DNA of 64,000 nt from Desulfatiglandales bacterium (GTDB lineage Bacteria > Desulfobacterota > DSM-4660 > Desulfatiglandales > HGW-15): contig CAXXJJ010000003.1 in assembly GCA_963667015.2 (NCBI GenBank), forward strand, positions 129,728 through 193,727. The letters are read 5' to 3'. Position 1 is the first letter of the stretch; each line of letters starts with the position of its first letter. Positions 41,271 through 51,252 of this stretch are shown here, in pieces. The notes below the pieces were generated by a model. The model ran no database searches. It saw only the letters and a program-made list of their open reading frames with translations, and was not told where the DNA came from. The translations under genes and the position numbers were made by a program.

Positions 41271-41939
41271 ATGATTATTGAAACCAGCGGCTTAACAAAG
41301 GTTTATCGTACAGACGAAGTAGAGACAACAGCGCTTGATGAAATTGAATTTAAGCTGGAAGAAGGGCAATTTGTATCGGTCATGGGACCTTCAGGATGCG
41401 GCAAATCAACCCTGTTGCATATTCTTGGCCTCATCGATAATCCGACAGGCGGAAGTTACAGGTTTTTAGGAGAAGAGGTAGCCCGGTATTCAGAATCAAA
41501 AAGGTCTTCACTTCGTAAAGCTAACATAGGTTTTGTATTTCAGAGTTTTAATCTTATAGATGAACTTACAGTATATGAGAATGTCGAACTCCCCCTGGTT
41601 TATCTCAAAACCCCTTCCAGTGAACGTAAAGCAAAAGTTGATAAGGTCCTTGAGAAACTGGACATGGCGCACCGCAGCGGGCATTTCCCAAGGCAGCTTT
41701 CCGGCGGCCAGCAGCAAAGGGCTGCAGTAGCCAGGGCAATTGTCAACGAGCCCAACCTGATACTGGCCGATGAGCCAACCGGTAATCTGGACTCCAAAAA
41801 CAGCCATGAGGTAATGGACATGCTTGGCAAGTTAAATGAAGAAGGCACTACCATTCTTATGGTGACCCATTCCGATGAAATGGCAAAATTCAGCAGCCGT
41901 ATTATTCAATTGCTGGATGGTAAAGTGGTTTCGCAATAA
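41271..41939 (+). CDS. ABC ATP-binding protein (MacB/LolD-like)
   Basis: GPSGCGKS, LSGGQQQR, LADEPTGNLD. Confidence 0.95.
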   Translation: MIIETSGLTKVYRTDEVETTALDEIEFKLEEGQFVSVMGPSGCGKSTLLHILGLIDNPTGGSYRFLGEEVARYSESKRSSLRKANIGFVFQSFNLIDELTVYENVELPLVYLKTPSSERKAKVDKVLEKLDMAHRSGHFPRQLSGGQQQRAAVARAIVNEPNLILADEPTGNLDSKNSHEVMDMLGKLNEEGTTILMVTHSDEMAKFSSRIIQLLDGKVVSQ

Positions 41940-41957
41940 ACAAAGAGGAGATAATTT

Positions 41958-44384
41958 ATGTCCAGTGCCATTCTCAAGACTACAATACGTAACCTCTACC
42001 GCGAGAAAATCTACGCGGTGATCAATCTGGCCGGGTTATCCCTTGCTATTGCCTGTTGTCTTGTCCTCGGGCTCTATCTGCACAGCCAGTTAAGCTATGA
42101 TAAGCACAACACCAAATACAAACAGATCTACAGGGTAGTAAACGAATTAAATATAAATGGAAAAGTAGACACCTTTGCAATCACTCCTCAGCTGCTGGGG
42201 CGGATGCTCACCGATGAAAATGACGAGATTAAGGACTACGTAAGGTTTTTTCCAATAAATCAGAAGGTTTTGATGAGCAGCGGCGACAAGTCCTTTTACT
42301 GGGATACCTCGGTTTTTGCCAGCAAAAATGTCTTTGATTATTTTGACCATGAATTTATATACGGTGATCCCAAAACAGTTAAAAACGAGAGATTTGCCGC
42401 AGTGAGCGAGTCATTTGCAAAAAAATACTGGGGCAATGAAAACCCGATCGGGAAATCAATAACATCCGAAGGGAACACTGCAAAAATAACCCATGTTTTT
42501 GCCGATCTTCCTAAAAACTCCCATCTCAGATACGACATAATCCAGTCGGATGAAATACCGTTTTTTAATGACCCGGAGGACGCCAACCAGCGTCGTCAAT
42601 CACTCTGGAGTCCACGATTCTATACATATTTAATAATGCCGGAAGACTATGATATCAGTAAATTCAAGGATATTTCCGATTCCTTTTTCAAGCGTCATAT
42701 GGAAGATCTCGGAAAGGCCTATAAGGCTACATGGAGGGCCTGGATACAGCCACTGGCAGATATTCATTATAATTCGGAGGTGGGATATGACCAGCCCACA
42801 GGAATAAAACATTACCTGTACGGATTTTCAGCAGTCGCAGTTTTTATCCTGATCGTGGCCTGTATTAATTATATGAATCTTGCCACTGCCCGTGCATCAA
42901 AGAGAGCCAAGGAAGTCGGTATGAGAAAGATATTAGGTTCCGGAAGAACACGCCTTATCATCCAGTTTATGGGCGAGGCTATCTTCTTTTCGCTGCTTGC
43001 ACTGGTAATAGGTTATCTCCTGGTAGTGCTGCTCCTGACCCAGACCTCTATAAACGGGCTCATGGATAATTCCATCGCACTGACAGACCTCTATAATCCT
43101 ATCCTGATACTCTGGATGATCGCCTTCAGTCTTGGGCTCGGTATTATATCAGGCATCTATCCTGCCCTGTACCTGTCTTCCATTGCTCCTCTTTCAGCCC
43201 TTGGCGCCGGGCACAAGGCTGGCAAAGGCAGTATCCGTTTAAGGGAAATACTGGTCCTGATCCAGTTCATGATCTCTGTCTGCGTAGTCGCCTGCACCCT
43301 GCTTATGATCCTTCAGATGAGGTTTGTTACCAATATGCCCCTTGGTTTCAACAAGGAGAACAGGGTGATAGTAACCATGCGCACCGCAGATCTGATCGAT
43401 AAGGAGCCTACTATAAAAAAGGAACTTTTAAAAAACAGCAGTATACTTGGCGTCGCCTTATGTAACGATGTTATAGGTAATGTACAGGGCCTGATGGGGG
43501 CGCAGATAGATAACAAGGATGGTGTTGCTGAAATTATGACCGTAAAAGTCATGCAGGTGGGTAATGACTTTACTGATGTTATGGGAATCAAACTCAAGGA
43601 AGGAAGGGATTTCTCAAAGAAACTGCTGACTGATGTCGGAGATTCATTCCTCGTCAACGAAACCATGGTGAAAAAGATGGGATGGGACCAGGCACTGGGC
43701 AAGCATATACAGGCCGGCAAGGTTATAGGAGTGGTTGAGGATTTTCATTATGATTCTCTGAAAAATACCATTGAACCCTTTGTTCTGATCAGGTTTAACG
43801 GGACTCAAAATGTAGCTGCCCAGAACCGGAACCTCGTGATCATGCACCTGATAGTCAACATCAAAGGTGAGGATACATTTCGTACATTGTCTTTTCTTGA
43901 GGATAAATTCGCAGAGTTTGATCCGCAGCACCCTTTTGAGTTTGAGTTTATGGATGACTCTTTAAACAAGCTGTACCAGGACGAACAAAGGCAGATGGAA
44001 CTGATAGGAATATTTGCTGCTGTCTGTATATTTATTTCATGTATGGGACTCTTCGGGCTCGCGGCATTTACCACTGAACAGCGTACCAAGGAAATAGGAA
44101 TAAGAAAGGTTCTGGGTGCATCCACCATGCAGATTATCAACATGCTGGCACGAAATATAATGCTGCTTGTTTTAGGCGGTGCAGTGATCGCCTCCTTGAT
44201 TGCCTATTATGCCATGAATGAATACTGGTTAATCGATTTTGCATACCGGATAAATATTAACTTGAATTTATGGGTATTCCTGTTGGCGGCTTTTATTGCG
44301 GCTGCCGTGGCCTTTACCACGGTTGCCCTGCAGTCATTTAAGACTGCACAGGCAAACCCGATCAATGCATTGAGATATGAGTAA
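41958..44384 (+). CDS. ABC permease, duplicated MacB_PCD/FtsX type
   Basis: ACINYMNLATAR...KEVGMRK; EQRTKEIGIRKVLGAS; NPINALRYE. Confidence 0.93.
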   Translation: MSSAILKTTIRNLYREKIYAVINLAGLSLAIACCLVLGLYLHSQLSYDKHNTKYKQIYRVVNELNINGKVDTFAITPQLLGRMLTDENDEIKDYVRFFPINQKVLMSSGDKSFYWDTSVFASKNVFDYFDHEFIYGDPKTVKNERFAAVSESFAKKYWGNENPIGKSITSEGNTAKITHVFADLPKNSHLRYDIIQSDEIPFFNDPEDANQRRQSLWSPRFYTYLIMPEDYDISKFKDISDSFFKRHMEDLGKAYKATWRAWIQPLADIHYNSEVGYDQPTGIKHYLYGFSAVAVFILIVACINYMNLATARASKRAKEVGMRKILGSGRTRLIIQFMGEAIFFSLLALVIGYLLVVLLLTQTSINGLMDNSIALTDLYNPILILWMIAFSLGLGIISGIYPALYLSSIAPLSALGAGHKAGKGSIRLREILVLIQFMISVCVVACTLLMILQMRFVTNMPLGFNKENRVIVTMRTADLIDKEPTIKKELLKNSSILGVALCNDVIGNVQGLMGAQIDNKDGVAEIMTVKVMQVGNDFTDVMGIKLKEGRDFSKKLLTDVGDSFLVNETMVKKMGWDQALGKHIQAGKVIGVVEDFHYDSLKNTIEPFVLIRFNGTQNVAAQNRNLVIMHLIVNIKGEDTFRTLSFLEDKFAEFDPQHPFEFEFMDDSLNKLYQDEQRQMELIGIFAAVCIFISCMGLFGLAAFTTEQRTKEIGIRKVLGASTMQIINMLARNIMLLVLGGAVIASLIAYYAMNEYWLIDFAYRININLNLWVFLLAAFIAAAVAFTTVALQSFKTAQANPINALRYE

Positions 44385-44539
44385 AAGGCAGGTGTGCGGC
44401 CTGTTATATGGTTAAAAGTCAAAAAACTTTTTATTTAATGTTAAAAGCTGAGTGTTCGATATGCCGTGCTGTAGCTATTGCCGGGCAAATACCGGATATG
44501 CAGATTTTAAAAACATCTCTTCACATTAAGGAGGAAATA

Positions 44540-46564
44540 ATGAAAAAAGCCATAACGCTTTTAGTACTGCTGATTTCTATTTTGTTTATAAACAATGTAA
44601 TGGCATTGGAAAACATCGCCGGAACATGGCAGGGAGTGCTGACCCCGGCTCCGGGCAGCGAACTGACCATCCAGTTTGTTATAACTCAAAACGCCGATGG
44701 CTCATATGAGGTGGTGCTTAATTCACCGGAGCAGGGTGCCATAAAAGATATCAAGGCAAGTTCGGTAAGCTATGATTCAGGAACCCTGAAGCTTGACGTC
44801 ACGGATCTGAGCGGCAGCTACGAAGGAATTTTAAAGGACGGCAAATTTGAAGGGAACTGGAAACAGGAAGGGACATTAATTCCCTTAAATCTCAAGCCCT
44901 ATGAAAAACCGGTATTATCCAAAGCGGACATGGAAAAACTGGCAGGCCAGTGGTATGGCCCCTTAAAAGTACCGACCGGCGATCTGACGGTGGTTTTTCG
45001 ATTTGAGATAAAAGAAAATGGTGAGTACAAGGCCTTTTTAGACAGCCCTGATCAGGGTGCAACAGGGATTCCGATTTCCGATGTGGAACTGGTTGACGGC
45101 ACCCTTTCCCTGCAGATCACAGTGGCCAGGGCGGAATATAAAGGGAAGATTTCCGGTGATGAGATTATCGGCGAATTTAAACAGGGGGGGCAGCCTCTGC
45201 CATTAACATTGAAAAAAGGGGAATATAAGCCGGAAGTGGCGTTAAACCTTTCCAAAGAAATAAAGGACAAGCTTGCAGGGGAGTGGCACGGAGAGCTTGC
45301 AACCCCGAGAGGCCTTATTCATATGGCCTTTAAATTTGATGTTACAAAAAATGGTGATCTTGTAGGATTTTACGAAGTGCCGGATCAGAATGTAAAGGGA
45401 ATACCGGTAAAAGAGGCGGATTATGCAGATGGAAAACTCACTCTTAAGATAAAAGTTGCCAATGCAGAGTTTAAGGGGACTCTGTCAGGAGATATGATGA
45501 AGGGAGAGTGGGTGCAGGCCGGGTTGAGTAATATACCTTTATCATTGAAAAAAGGGGAGTACACACTACCTGTCTTCAGCCTGGATCTTCCTAAGGAGAC
45601 AAAGGATCTCTTACTGGGAGAATGGCACGGCGAGCGAAAGATGGCAAAGGGTTTTTATCATGTGTCATTCAGGTTTGAAACAGATGACAAGGGTAATTTC
45701 CTGGGATTTTATGATGTGCCGGAGCAGGGGCAAACGGGGATACCAGTCACAGATGCAGTTTTAAAGGATGGGAATCTGGTCATTAAGATGCAAAAACGCG
45801 TTAATCTGGAGTTTAATGGCAGTCTGGCAGGAGATGAACTGACCGGACAGATGACACAGCAGGGGGTTGCAGTTTCATCTGTATCAATGAAGAAGGGAAA
45901 ATATATACCTCCTGTATATAACCTGGATCTCCCAAAGGAGATAAGGGAAACCTTATCAGGTGAATGGTATGGAGATGTCAAGACTCCAACATCAAACGCC
46001 ACTGTGGTCTTTAATTTTAAAACCAATGATAAGGGTGAATTTGTAGGGAGCGAGGAAATCCCGGAACAGAAAATCAAGGGTATAGTGGTCTCAAAAGCAA
46101 GTTTCAGTGAAGGAAAGCTGGCTTTTACAGTTGTTGATGTAGAGTATAAGGGAGAAATCAAAGGTGATGAATTTATCGGAGAGGTTAAACCGTCGGCAGC
46201 TAACAGCCAGCCAATATCTTTTACAATTAAAAAGGGAAAGTATGTACCTCCGGATTACAGCCTAAATCTTCCCAGGGATGTTGTTGAGACCCTGTCCGGA
46301 AAATGGAAAGGAAAACTTGTTAACACTAATGTGATCTTCAGGTTTGAAAAAAATGAAAAAGGAAAATTGCTGGGCTTTGCTGATTTCCCCGATTCGAACA
46401 CAAAGGATGTCCTGATTACCGAAGGCAGCATGAGTGAAGGAAAACTGGTCTTTAAAATTAAACTTGCGAATATCGAGTATAAAGGGAAGTTATCAAAGGA
46501 CAGCATTGATGGCGAGTGGTTACAGGGAGAGCAGAATATTCCCCTGACATTGAAAAAAGAATAA
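44540..46564 (+). CDS. Exported protein of six ~110-aa GxWxG beta-rich repeats
   Basis: AAGGAGG RBS, signal peptide, six repeats of LxGxWxG...P(D/E)Q..GIP...(Y/F)KG...G(E/D)W...LKK. Confidence 0.85.
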   Translation: MKKAITLLVLLISILFINNVMALENIAGTWQGVLTPAPGSELTIQFVITQNADGSYEVVLNSPEQGAIKDIKASSVSYDSGTLKLDVTDLSGSYEGILKDGKFEGNWKQEGTLIPLNLKPYEKPVLSKADMEKLAGQWYGPLKVPTGDLTVVFRFEIKENGEYKAFLDSPDQGATGIPISDVELVDGTLSLQITVARAEYKGKISGDEIIGEFKQGGQPLPLTLKKGEYKPEVALNLSKEIKDKLAGEWHGELATPRGLIHMAFKFDVTKNGDLVGFYEVPDQNVKGIPVKEADYADGKLTLKIKVANAEFKGTLSGDMMKGEWVQAGLSNIPLSLKKGEYTLPVFSLDLPKETKDLLLGEWHGERKMAKGFYHVSFRFETDDKGNFLGFYDVPEQGQTGIPVTDAVLKDGNLVIKMQKRVNLEFNGSLAGDELTGQMTQQGVAVSSVSMKKGKYIPPVYNLDLPKEIRETLSGEWYGDVKTPTSNATVVFNFKTNDKGEFVGSEEIPEQKIKGIVVSKASFSEGKLAFTVVDVEYKGEIKGDEFIGEVKPSAANSQPISFTIKKGKYVPPDYSLNLPRDVVETLSGKWKGKLVNTNVIFRFEKNEKGKLLGFADFPDSNTKDVLITEGSMSEGKLVFKIKLANIEYKGKLSKDSIDGEWLQGEQNIPLTLKKE

Positions 46565-46712
46565 TATTAGTTCGATTCTTACTCCCTTGCTAACGAGAAT
46601 AAATGGGATGTTTGATTTAAGCTTCAGGCATATTCGATACGGGGGCATACCCGGAAAATGCTGAGAGATCAGGCATCCGACCGCACAGGAGAAAGTATAT
46701 TCAGGGATTATC

Positions 46713-46778
46713 TAACGCCACTCCCCCTTAACCATTCCACAGGGGGGAGTGGCGTTATTTGTATGGAGCATGGTTTTA
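46713..46778. repeat. Dispersed hairpin-plus-tail repeat, copy 1
   Basis: TAACGCCACTCCCCC...GGGGGAGTGGCGTTA stem; 46744-46778 matches 52186-52220 at 32/35. Confidence 0.65.
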
Positions 46779-46935
46779 TAACCTGCATTTTGAAAAACGT
46801 GTTTTGATAATTAACTGCTTGTTTTTCCATCCTTGATTTAAACTGAGAATTGTGATTCTTATAATAGTATGAATTTTTACATTATGGCAAGAGCCAATCA
46901 TTTTACTCTCCATGAAGCCGGTAAGGTGACCAGCT

Positions 46936-48135
46936 ATGTTTGAAAAGGACTGTCCCGTTCCCGAATCCTTCCAGTCCATGCTGTGGAATATTCTATTCCT
47001 GGCTCTTCTTTTTTTTCTTACATTTATAGCCCGTTTTATTTTTTCACCCCTTATGCCTGTAATAGAAAGTGAACTGGAGATCTCCCATTCCCAGGCAGGA
47101 AACCTGTTTCTAATGATCTCCTTTGGGCTTTTTCTGGGCCAGATCTTTTCCGGTTTTTTGTCCTCAAGGTTTAACCACAGAGGTTCCCTGGCCCTTTCTT
47201 CTCTGGGTATAGGCGTTGCACTCCTGCTGATAAACCTGACTTCCACCCTGTGGGTTCTCCAGGCGATACTGGTTTTTCTTGGGCTGGCAGCCGGATTTCA
47301 TCTTCCCTCAGCAATGGCTACCATCACTGCAATGGTTGATCGCAAAGATTGGGGAAAAGCCATGGCAGTTCATCAGGCCGCGCCACCTTTAAGCCTGGTT
47401 CTTGGGCCGTTTTTAATAATATGGCTTCTGGGGCCGCTCTCCTGGCGCGGTATACTGACAATTATCGGGGTAATTGCAATTGTCACAGGGCTTCTATTCT
47501 TCCTATTTGGGCAATGCGGTGAGTTTCCCGGTGATCCACCGAGGCCGTCCCTGATTAAGGATCTTATCAGCAGACGTTCCTTCTGGATCATGGTCGTAAT
47601 GTTCGCCCTGGCTATGTGCGGGACCATTGGAATATATTCCATGCTCCCCCTTTATCTGGTAAATGAGAAGGCTTTTAGTACAGGCCTGGCGAGTACACTG
47701 CTTGGTTTTTCCAGGATCTCAGGCTTAATCATGCCCTTTGTTGCCGGGTGGTTTGTCAGCCGTTTTGGTGAAAAACGTTTCATCTTTATTATTATGATTC
47801 TATCCGGTATGAGCACAATTTTGCTGGGTGTATTATCAGACACTGCATTGATTTTCATGATATTTATCCAGCCTGCTATTCTGGGATGCTATTTTACTGC
47901 GGGATTTGCCGCTCTCGCCCGAATTGTTCAGCCTTATCTGCGGGGAATCGCAACCTCCTTCACCACACCCGCTGCTTTTCTGATAGGGGGAGGACTCTTT
48001 CCCACCGCCCTGGGCTATATGGGCCAGGTCTACTCTTTTGGGTTGGGGATCTCAATAACCGGAGCCCTCATGATTTTTTTCTCTCCGCTGGTATTTTTAC
48101 TTAATCTTATAGAAAAAATGGAAGAGGGGTGTTAG
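46936..48135 (+). CDS. MFS transporter
   Basis: About 12 hydrophobic segments; GFLSSRFNHR and GWFVSRFGEKR motif A variants. Confidence 0.88.
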   Translation: MFEKDCPVPESFQSMLWNILFLALLFFLTFIARFIFSPLMPVIESELEISHSQAGNLFLMISFGLFLGQIFSGFLSSRFNHRGSLALSSLGIGVALLLINLTSTLWVLQAILVFLGLAAGFHLPSAMATITAMVDRKDWGKAMAVHQAAPPLSLVLGPFLIIWLLGPLSWRGILTIIGVIAIVTGLLFFLFGQCGEFPGDPPRPSLIKDLISRRSFWIMVVMFALAMCGTIGIYSMLPLYLVNEKAFSTGLASTLLGFSRISGLIMPFVAGWFVSRFGEKRFIFIIMILSGMSTILLGVLSDTALIFMIFIQPAILGCYFTAGFAALARIVQPYLRGIATSFTTPAAFLIGGGLFPTALGYMGQVYSFGLGISITGALMIFFSPLVFLLNLIEKMEEGC

Positions 48136-48186
48136 GCCGATAGTTGCCTAAAATTTTTTATTACTGCGTTTCAGGGAGGTCCTTTT

Positions 48187-48873
48187 ATGAATGATAAAGT
48201 CCAGCCACAATGTGCAGAGTGTTCTATCAAAGTCAGGATATGTGAATCGGGAAAAAGTGGAAAAGGCCCTGCTTTTTGTCCCACCAAAAATTATAAGTCT
48301 GTGATAGAAAAGGCACTGAAGGAGTATGAAAAACCGGAAGTAAAAGAGTTTGCGCGAATGGCCTCCATTCAGGAAGGTGAATGCTACAGCAACCGGGAAA
48401 TAAAACCTTATACACTGCATCCCACAAAACCAAGGGTACAGGAGGTTTGTGAATTTGCAGGCAAAATGAATTATAAAAAGCTGGGGATCGCCTTTTGCGG
48501 CGGCCTTCATGCAGAAGCGCGTATTTTATCGGATATACTGAATGCTCAGGGTTTTGATGTCGTATCCGTAATGTGTAAATGCGGGGGAATTAAAAAGGAG
48601 AGAATAGGTTTATCTGAAGAGCATAAAGTAAAGATGAACGAATTTGACCCCATGTGCAACCCGATTGCTCAGGCAAGTATCCTTAATGAAGAAAAAACGG
48701 ATTTTAATGTCCTGGTAGGGCTTTGTGTAGGGCATGATTCGCTGTTTTTTAAATACAGCAGTGCCTTCACAACAGTGCTGATAGCAAAGGACAGGCTCCT
48801 TGGACATAATCCTGCTGCGGCGCTGTACGCATCAGGAAGCTATTACGCAAGGTTACGTAAACCCGGATTTTAA
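48187..48873 (+). CDS. DUF1847 family Cys-rich putative metal-binding protein
   Basis: CAEC, RVQEVCEFA, KLGIAFCGGL, MCNPIAQA, GLCVGHDSLF, KDRLLGHNP. Confidence 0.9.
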   Translation: MNDKVQPQCAECSIKVRICESGKSGKGPAFCPTKNYKSVIEKALKEYEKPEVKEFARMASIQEGECYSNREIKPYTLHPTKPRVQEVCEFAGKMNYKKLGIAFCGGLHAEARILSDILNAQGFDVVSVMCKCGGIKKERIGLSEEHKVKMNEFDPMCNPIAQASILNEEKTDFNVLVGLCVGHDSLFFKYSSAFTTVLIAKDRLLGHNPAAALYASGSYYARLRKPGF

Positions 48874-48917
48874 TTTTTTAAAATATCCCTGAAACATGCT
48901 CATAACAGGGGCAATAA

Positions 48918-49679
48918 ATGACAATGCGTACCTACTGGGAACGAATTGCTGAAAATTATGAGGAGGAAATATTCAGTGTCATAAAGCGTGACCGTCAGGG
49001 ACTGGTCCTTGCCAGGATAGAAAGGTATTCTTGCCCTGATGGAAAGGCCAGTGACATCGGATGCGGTATAGGAAATTTTCTCCCTGCGCTCTCTGCACTG
49101 TTCAGGCATGTTATTGCTCTTGATATCTCCAGGAAATGCATTGCAAGGGCAAAGTCCAGGTTTAAGGAACTCCTGAACATATCCTACAGGAATGTTGATC
49201 TTTCCAAACCCCGAACGCGGCTTTCAAAAGTCGATTTTACTCTTAGCATAAATTCGATTCTTACCACTTCGTTAACGAAAAGAAACCGGATGTTTGATTT
49301 GGCCTGCAGGCATATTCGTGCCGGAGGACATCTTGTTCTGGTTGTCCCGTCTCTGGAATCTGCTTTATATACCGACTGTCGACTTATTGAATGGAATCTA
49401 AAAAGCGGCATGTCGCCCGGGAATGCTGTTAGATCAGGTTTTTACACACATAAAAAATCAGATATTCCAAGACTGCGTCAGGGAATCGTAAAGATTGATG
49501 ATGTTGATACAAAACACTATCTCAAGGAGGAATTGATTGTTCTTCTTGAGAACAGAGGGATGAGAGTAATAGAGATTGAGAAGATTGAGTACTCATGGGA
49601 GACGGAATTCGATCAGCCGCCACGCTGGATGAAGGAGCCGTTTCCATGGGACTGGCTGTGTGTTGCCGGAAAAAAATAA
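48918..49679 (+). CDS. Class I SAM-dependent methyltransferase
   Basis: DIGCGIG, VIALDIS, IRAGGHLVLVVP. Confidence 0.85.
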   Translation: MTMRTYWERIAENYEEEIFSVIKRDRQGLVLARIERYSCPDGKASDIGCGIGNFLPALSALFRHVIALDISRKCIARAKSRFKELLNISYRNVDLSKPRTRLSKVDFTLSINSILTTSLTKRNRMFDLACRHIRAGGHLVLVVPSLESALYTDCRLIEWNLKSGMSPGNAVRSGFYTHKKSDIPRLRQGIVKIDDVDTKHYLKEELIVLLENRGMRVIEIEKIEYSWETEFDQPPRWMKEPFPWDWLCVAGKK

Positions 49680-49736
49680 GCTTTACCCTTTTATTCTAAA
49701 TGGTCCTGTGTCACGATAATTATCTATTGTTTTATT

Positions 49737-49763
49737 TGTCATTTCGACTATCAGGAGAAATCT
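49737..49763. repeat. REP-like unit
   Basis: TGTCATTTCGACTATCAGGAGAAATCT downstream of the methyltransferase. Confidence 0.4.
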
Positions 49764-49912
49764 TAAAGCTCCTCTCAAAGGCGAGATCTTTCTGTTAAGT
49801 AAAATTTGACTGTAGACAAATTAAAAGAAATAAGTCATTCCTTTATAAGCCTTCAAATTTTTACTTAAACCTCTCTATGTTCCACTAAAACTCCAACACC
49901 TGAAAAATATTC

Positions 49913-49949
49913 TTGACAAATATTATCAATGTATTAATGTATTAATACA
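49913..49949 (+). promoter_or_regulatory. Promoter and YtrA-type GntR operator
   Basis: TTGACA at 49913; perfect inverted repeat TGTATTAAT-GT-ATTAATACA at 49930-49949. Confidence 0.75.
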
Positions 49950-49964
49950 AACAAGCGAGGTGTT

Positions 49965-50375
49965 ATGTTCCATATAAGAGCAGAATCAGGTGAACCCATT
50001 TATATTCAATTGATCCGTCAGATCAAGAATGCGGTAACCACTGGCATTTTAAAAACGGGCGACCGGATGCCAACTGTGCGGGAGCTGGCAACTAAGTTAG
50101 TTGTTAATCCCAACACTGTTGCGCGTGCATATCGGGAACTGGTGCGCGATGGCATACTTAAGGCAGAGAAGGGTCAGAGTGGCGGTACATTTGTAAAAAT
50201 GGAAACTCAACCATTGTTTCAGGTGGAACGGGAAAAAAGACTGAAACCTTTCATTGAGCAACTTGTCGCAGAAGCACAGGTGCTTGGAATTTCAGATGAA
50301 AACCTGCTTCGTCAGGTTGAAAAGGCATTAAATAAAGCAGCCGCAGGGAGGAATAAACGTGAAAAATCTGATTGA
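49965..50375 (+). CDS. GntR family regulator (YtrA subfamily)
   Basis: PIYIQL, MPTVRELATKLVVNPNTVARAYREL, short C-terminal domain. Confidence 0.92.
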   Translation: MFHIRAESGEPIYIQLIRQIKNAVTTGILKTGDRMPTVRELATKLVVNPNTVARAYRELVRDGILKAEKGQSGGTFVKMETQPLFQVEREKRLKPFIEQLVAEAQVLGISDENLLRQVEKALNKAAAGRNKREKSD

Positions 50376-51252
50376 GGTTAATGGATTATCCAAGAGCTTT
50401 AAAAAGACAAAGGCTGTTGACAATGTATCCTGGACTCTTCCAGAGGGCTCTATTACAGGTCTTTTGGGATCCAATGGAGTTGGCAAAACAACAACATTAA
50501 AAATGTTATTAGGATTGGCTCGTCCTGACTCTGGTTCAGCACAGGTAGGAGGATATGACATTTCCACAGAAAGTCTTGATGTGAGAAAAATCAGCGCGTT
50601 TGTGCCGGAAGAAAAAGGTCTTATTGATCGAATGCGTGCATGTGACTTTCTTCATTTTTACGGCGGTTACGGAACTGATTGGAGTGAGGATAGGGCAAGA
50701 AAGCTAGCAGATCAATGGAATCTTCCATGGGACAAAAAAATTAACAACTATTCAAAAGGGATGCGAGGAAGGTTGATTTTTATATCCGCCATATTAAGAA
50801 ACCCTAGAGTACTTTTACTGGATGAACCAACCGATGGCATGGACCCGGAAGGTGTTGAAATGACTTTGCAGCAATGTACCGGCTGGATTGGAGAAAGCAA
50901 CAGGGGTATTGTAATGTCTACCCACCGTCTGGATGAAGTGGAACGTATATGTGACCGAGTAATTTTCATGAACCAGGGGCGAGTTCTGATTCAGGAAGAA
51001 ATGGATAATCTTAAGGAAAATCACAAGTTGATACAGGTAATGGGGGAAATACCTGAAACAGAACTCGAAAGATGGCCAGAGCTTTTTAGTTGGAAAAACG
51101 AAGAGAATCTCCTTAAAATATACACCCAATCATCTCCAGATTCTTTGCTTGAACGTCTGAAAAATTACAGCCCGACACACCTTGAAGTAATAGATTTAAA
51201 CCTGCGTGAAATCTATTTGGCCAGAACAAATGAAAGGAGCCAGCAATGTTAG
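50359..51252 (+). CDS. ABC ATP-binding protein (YtrB-like)
   Basis: GSNGVGKT, YSKGMR, LLLDEPTDGMDP. Confidence 0.92.
   Translation: MKNLIEVNGLSKSFKKTKAVDNVSWTLPEGSITGLLGSNGVGKTTTLKMLLGLARPDSGSAQVGGYDISTESLDVRKISAFVPEEKGLIDRMRACDFLHFYGGYGTDWSEDRARKLADQWNLPWDKKINNYSKGMRGRLIFISAILRNPRVLLLDEPTDGMDPEGVEMTLQQCTGWIGESNRGIVMSTHRLDEVERICDRVIFMNQGRVLIQEEMDNLKENHKLIQVMGEIPETELERWPELFSWKNEENLLKIYTQSSPDSLLERLKNYSPTHLEVIDLNLREIYLARTNERSQQC

Noticed and set aside
44408..44539. Upstream extension of the repeat protein ORF
   Set aside because: AAGGAGG and a signal peptide support ATG 44540
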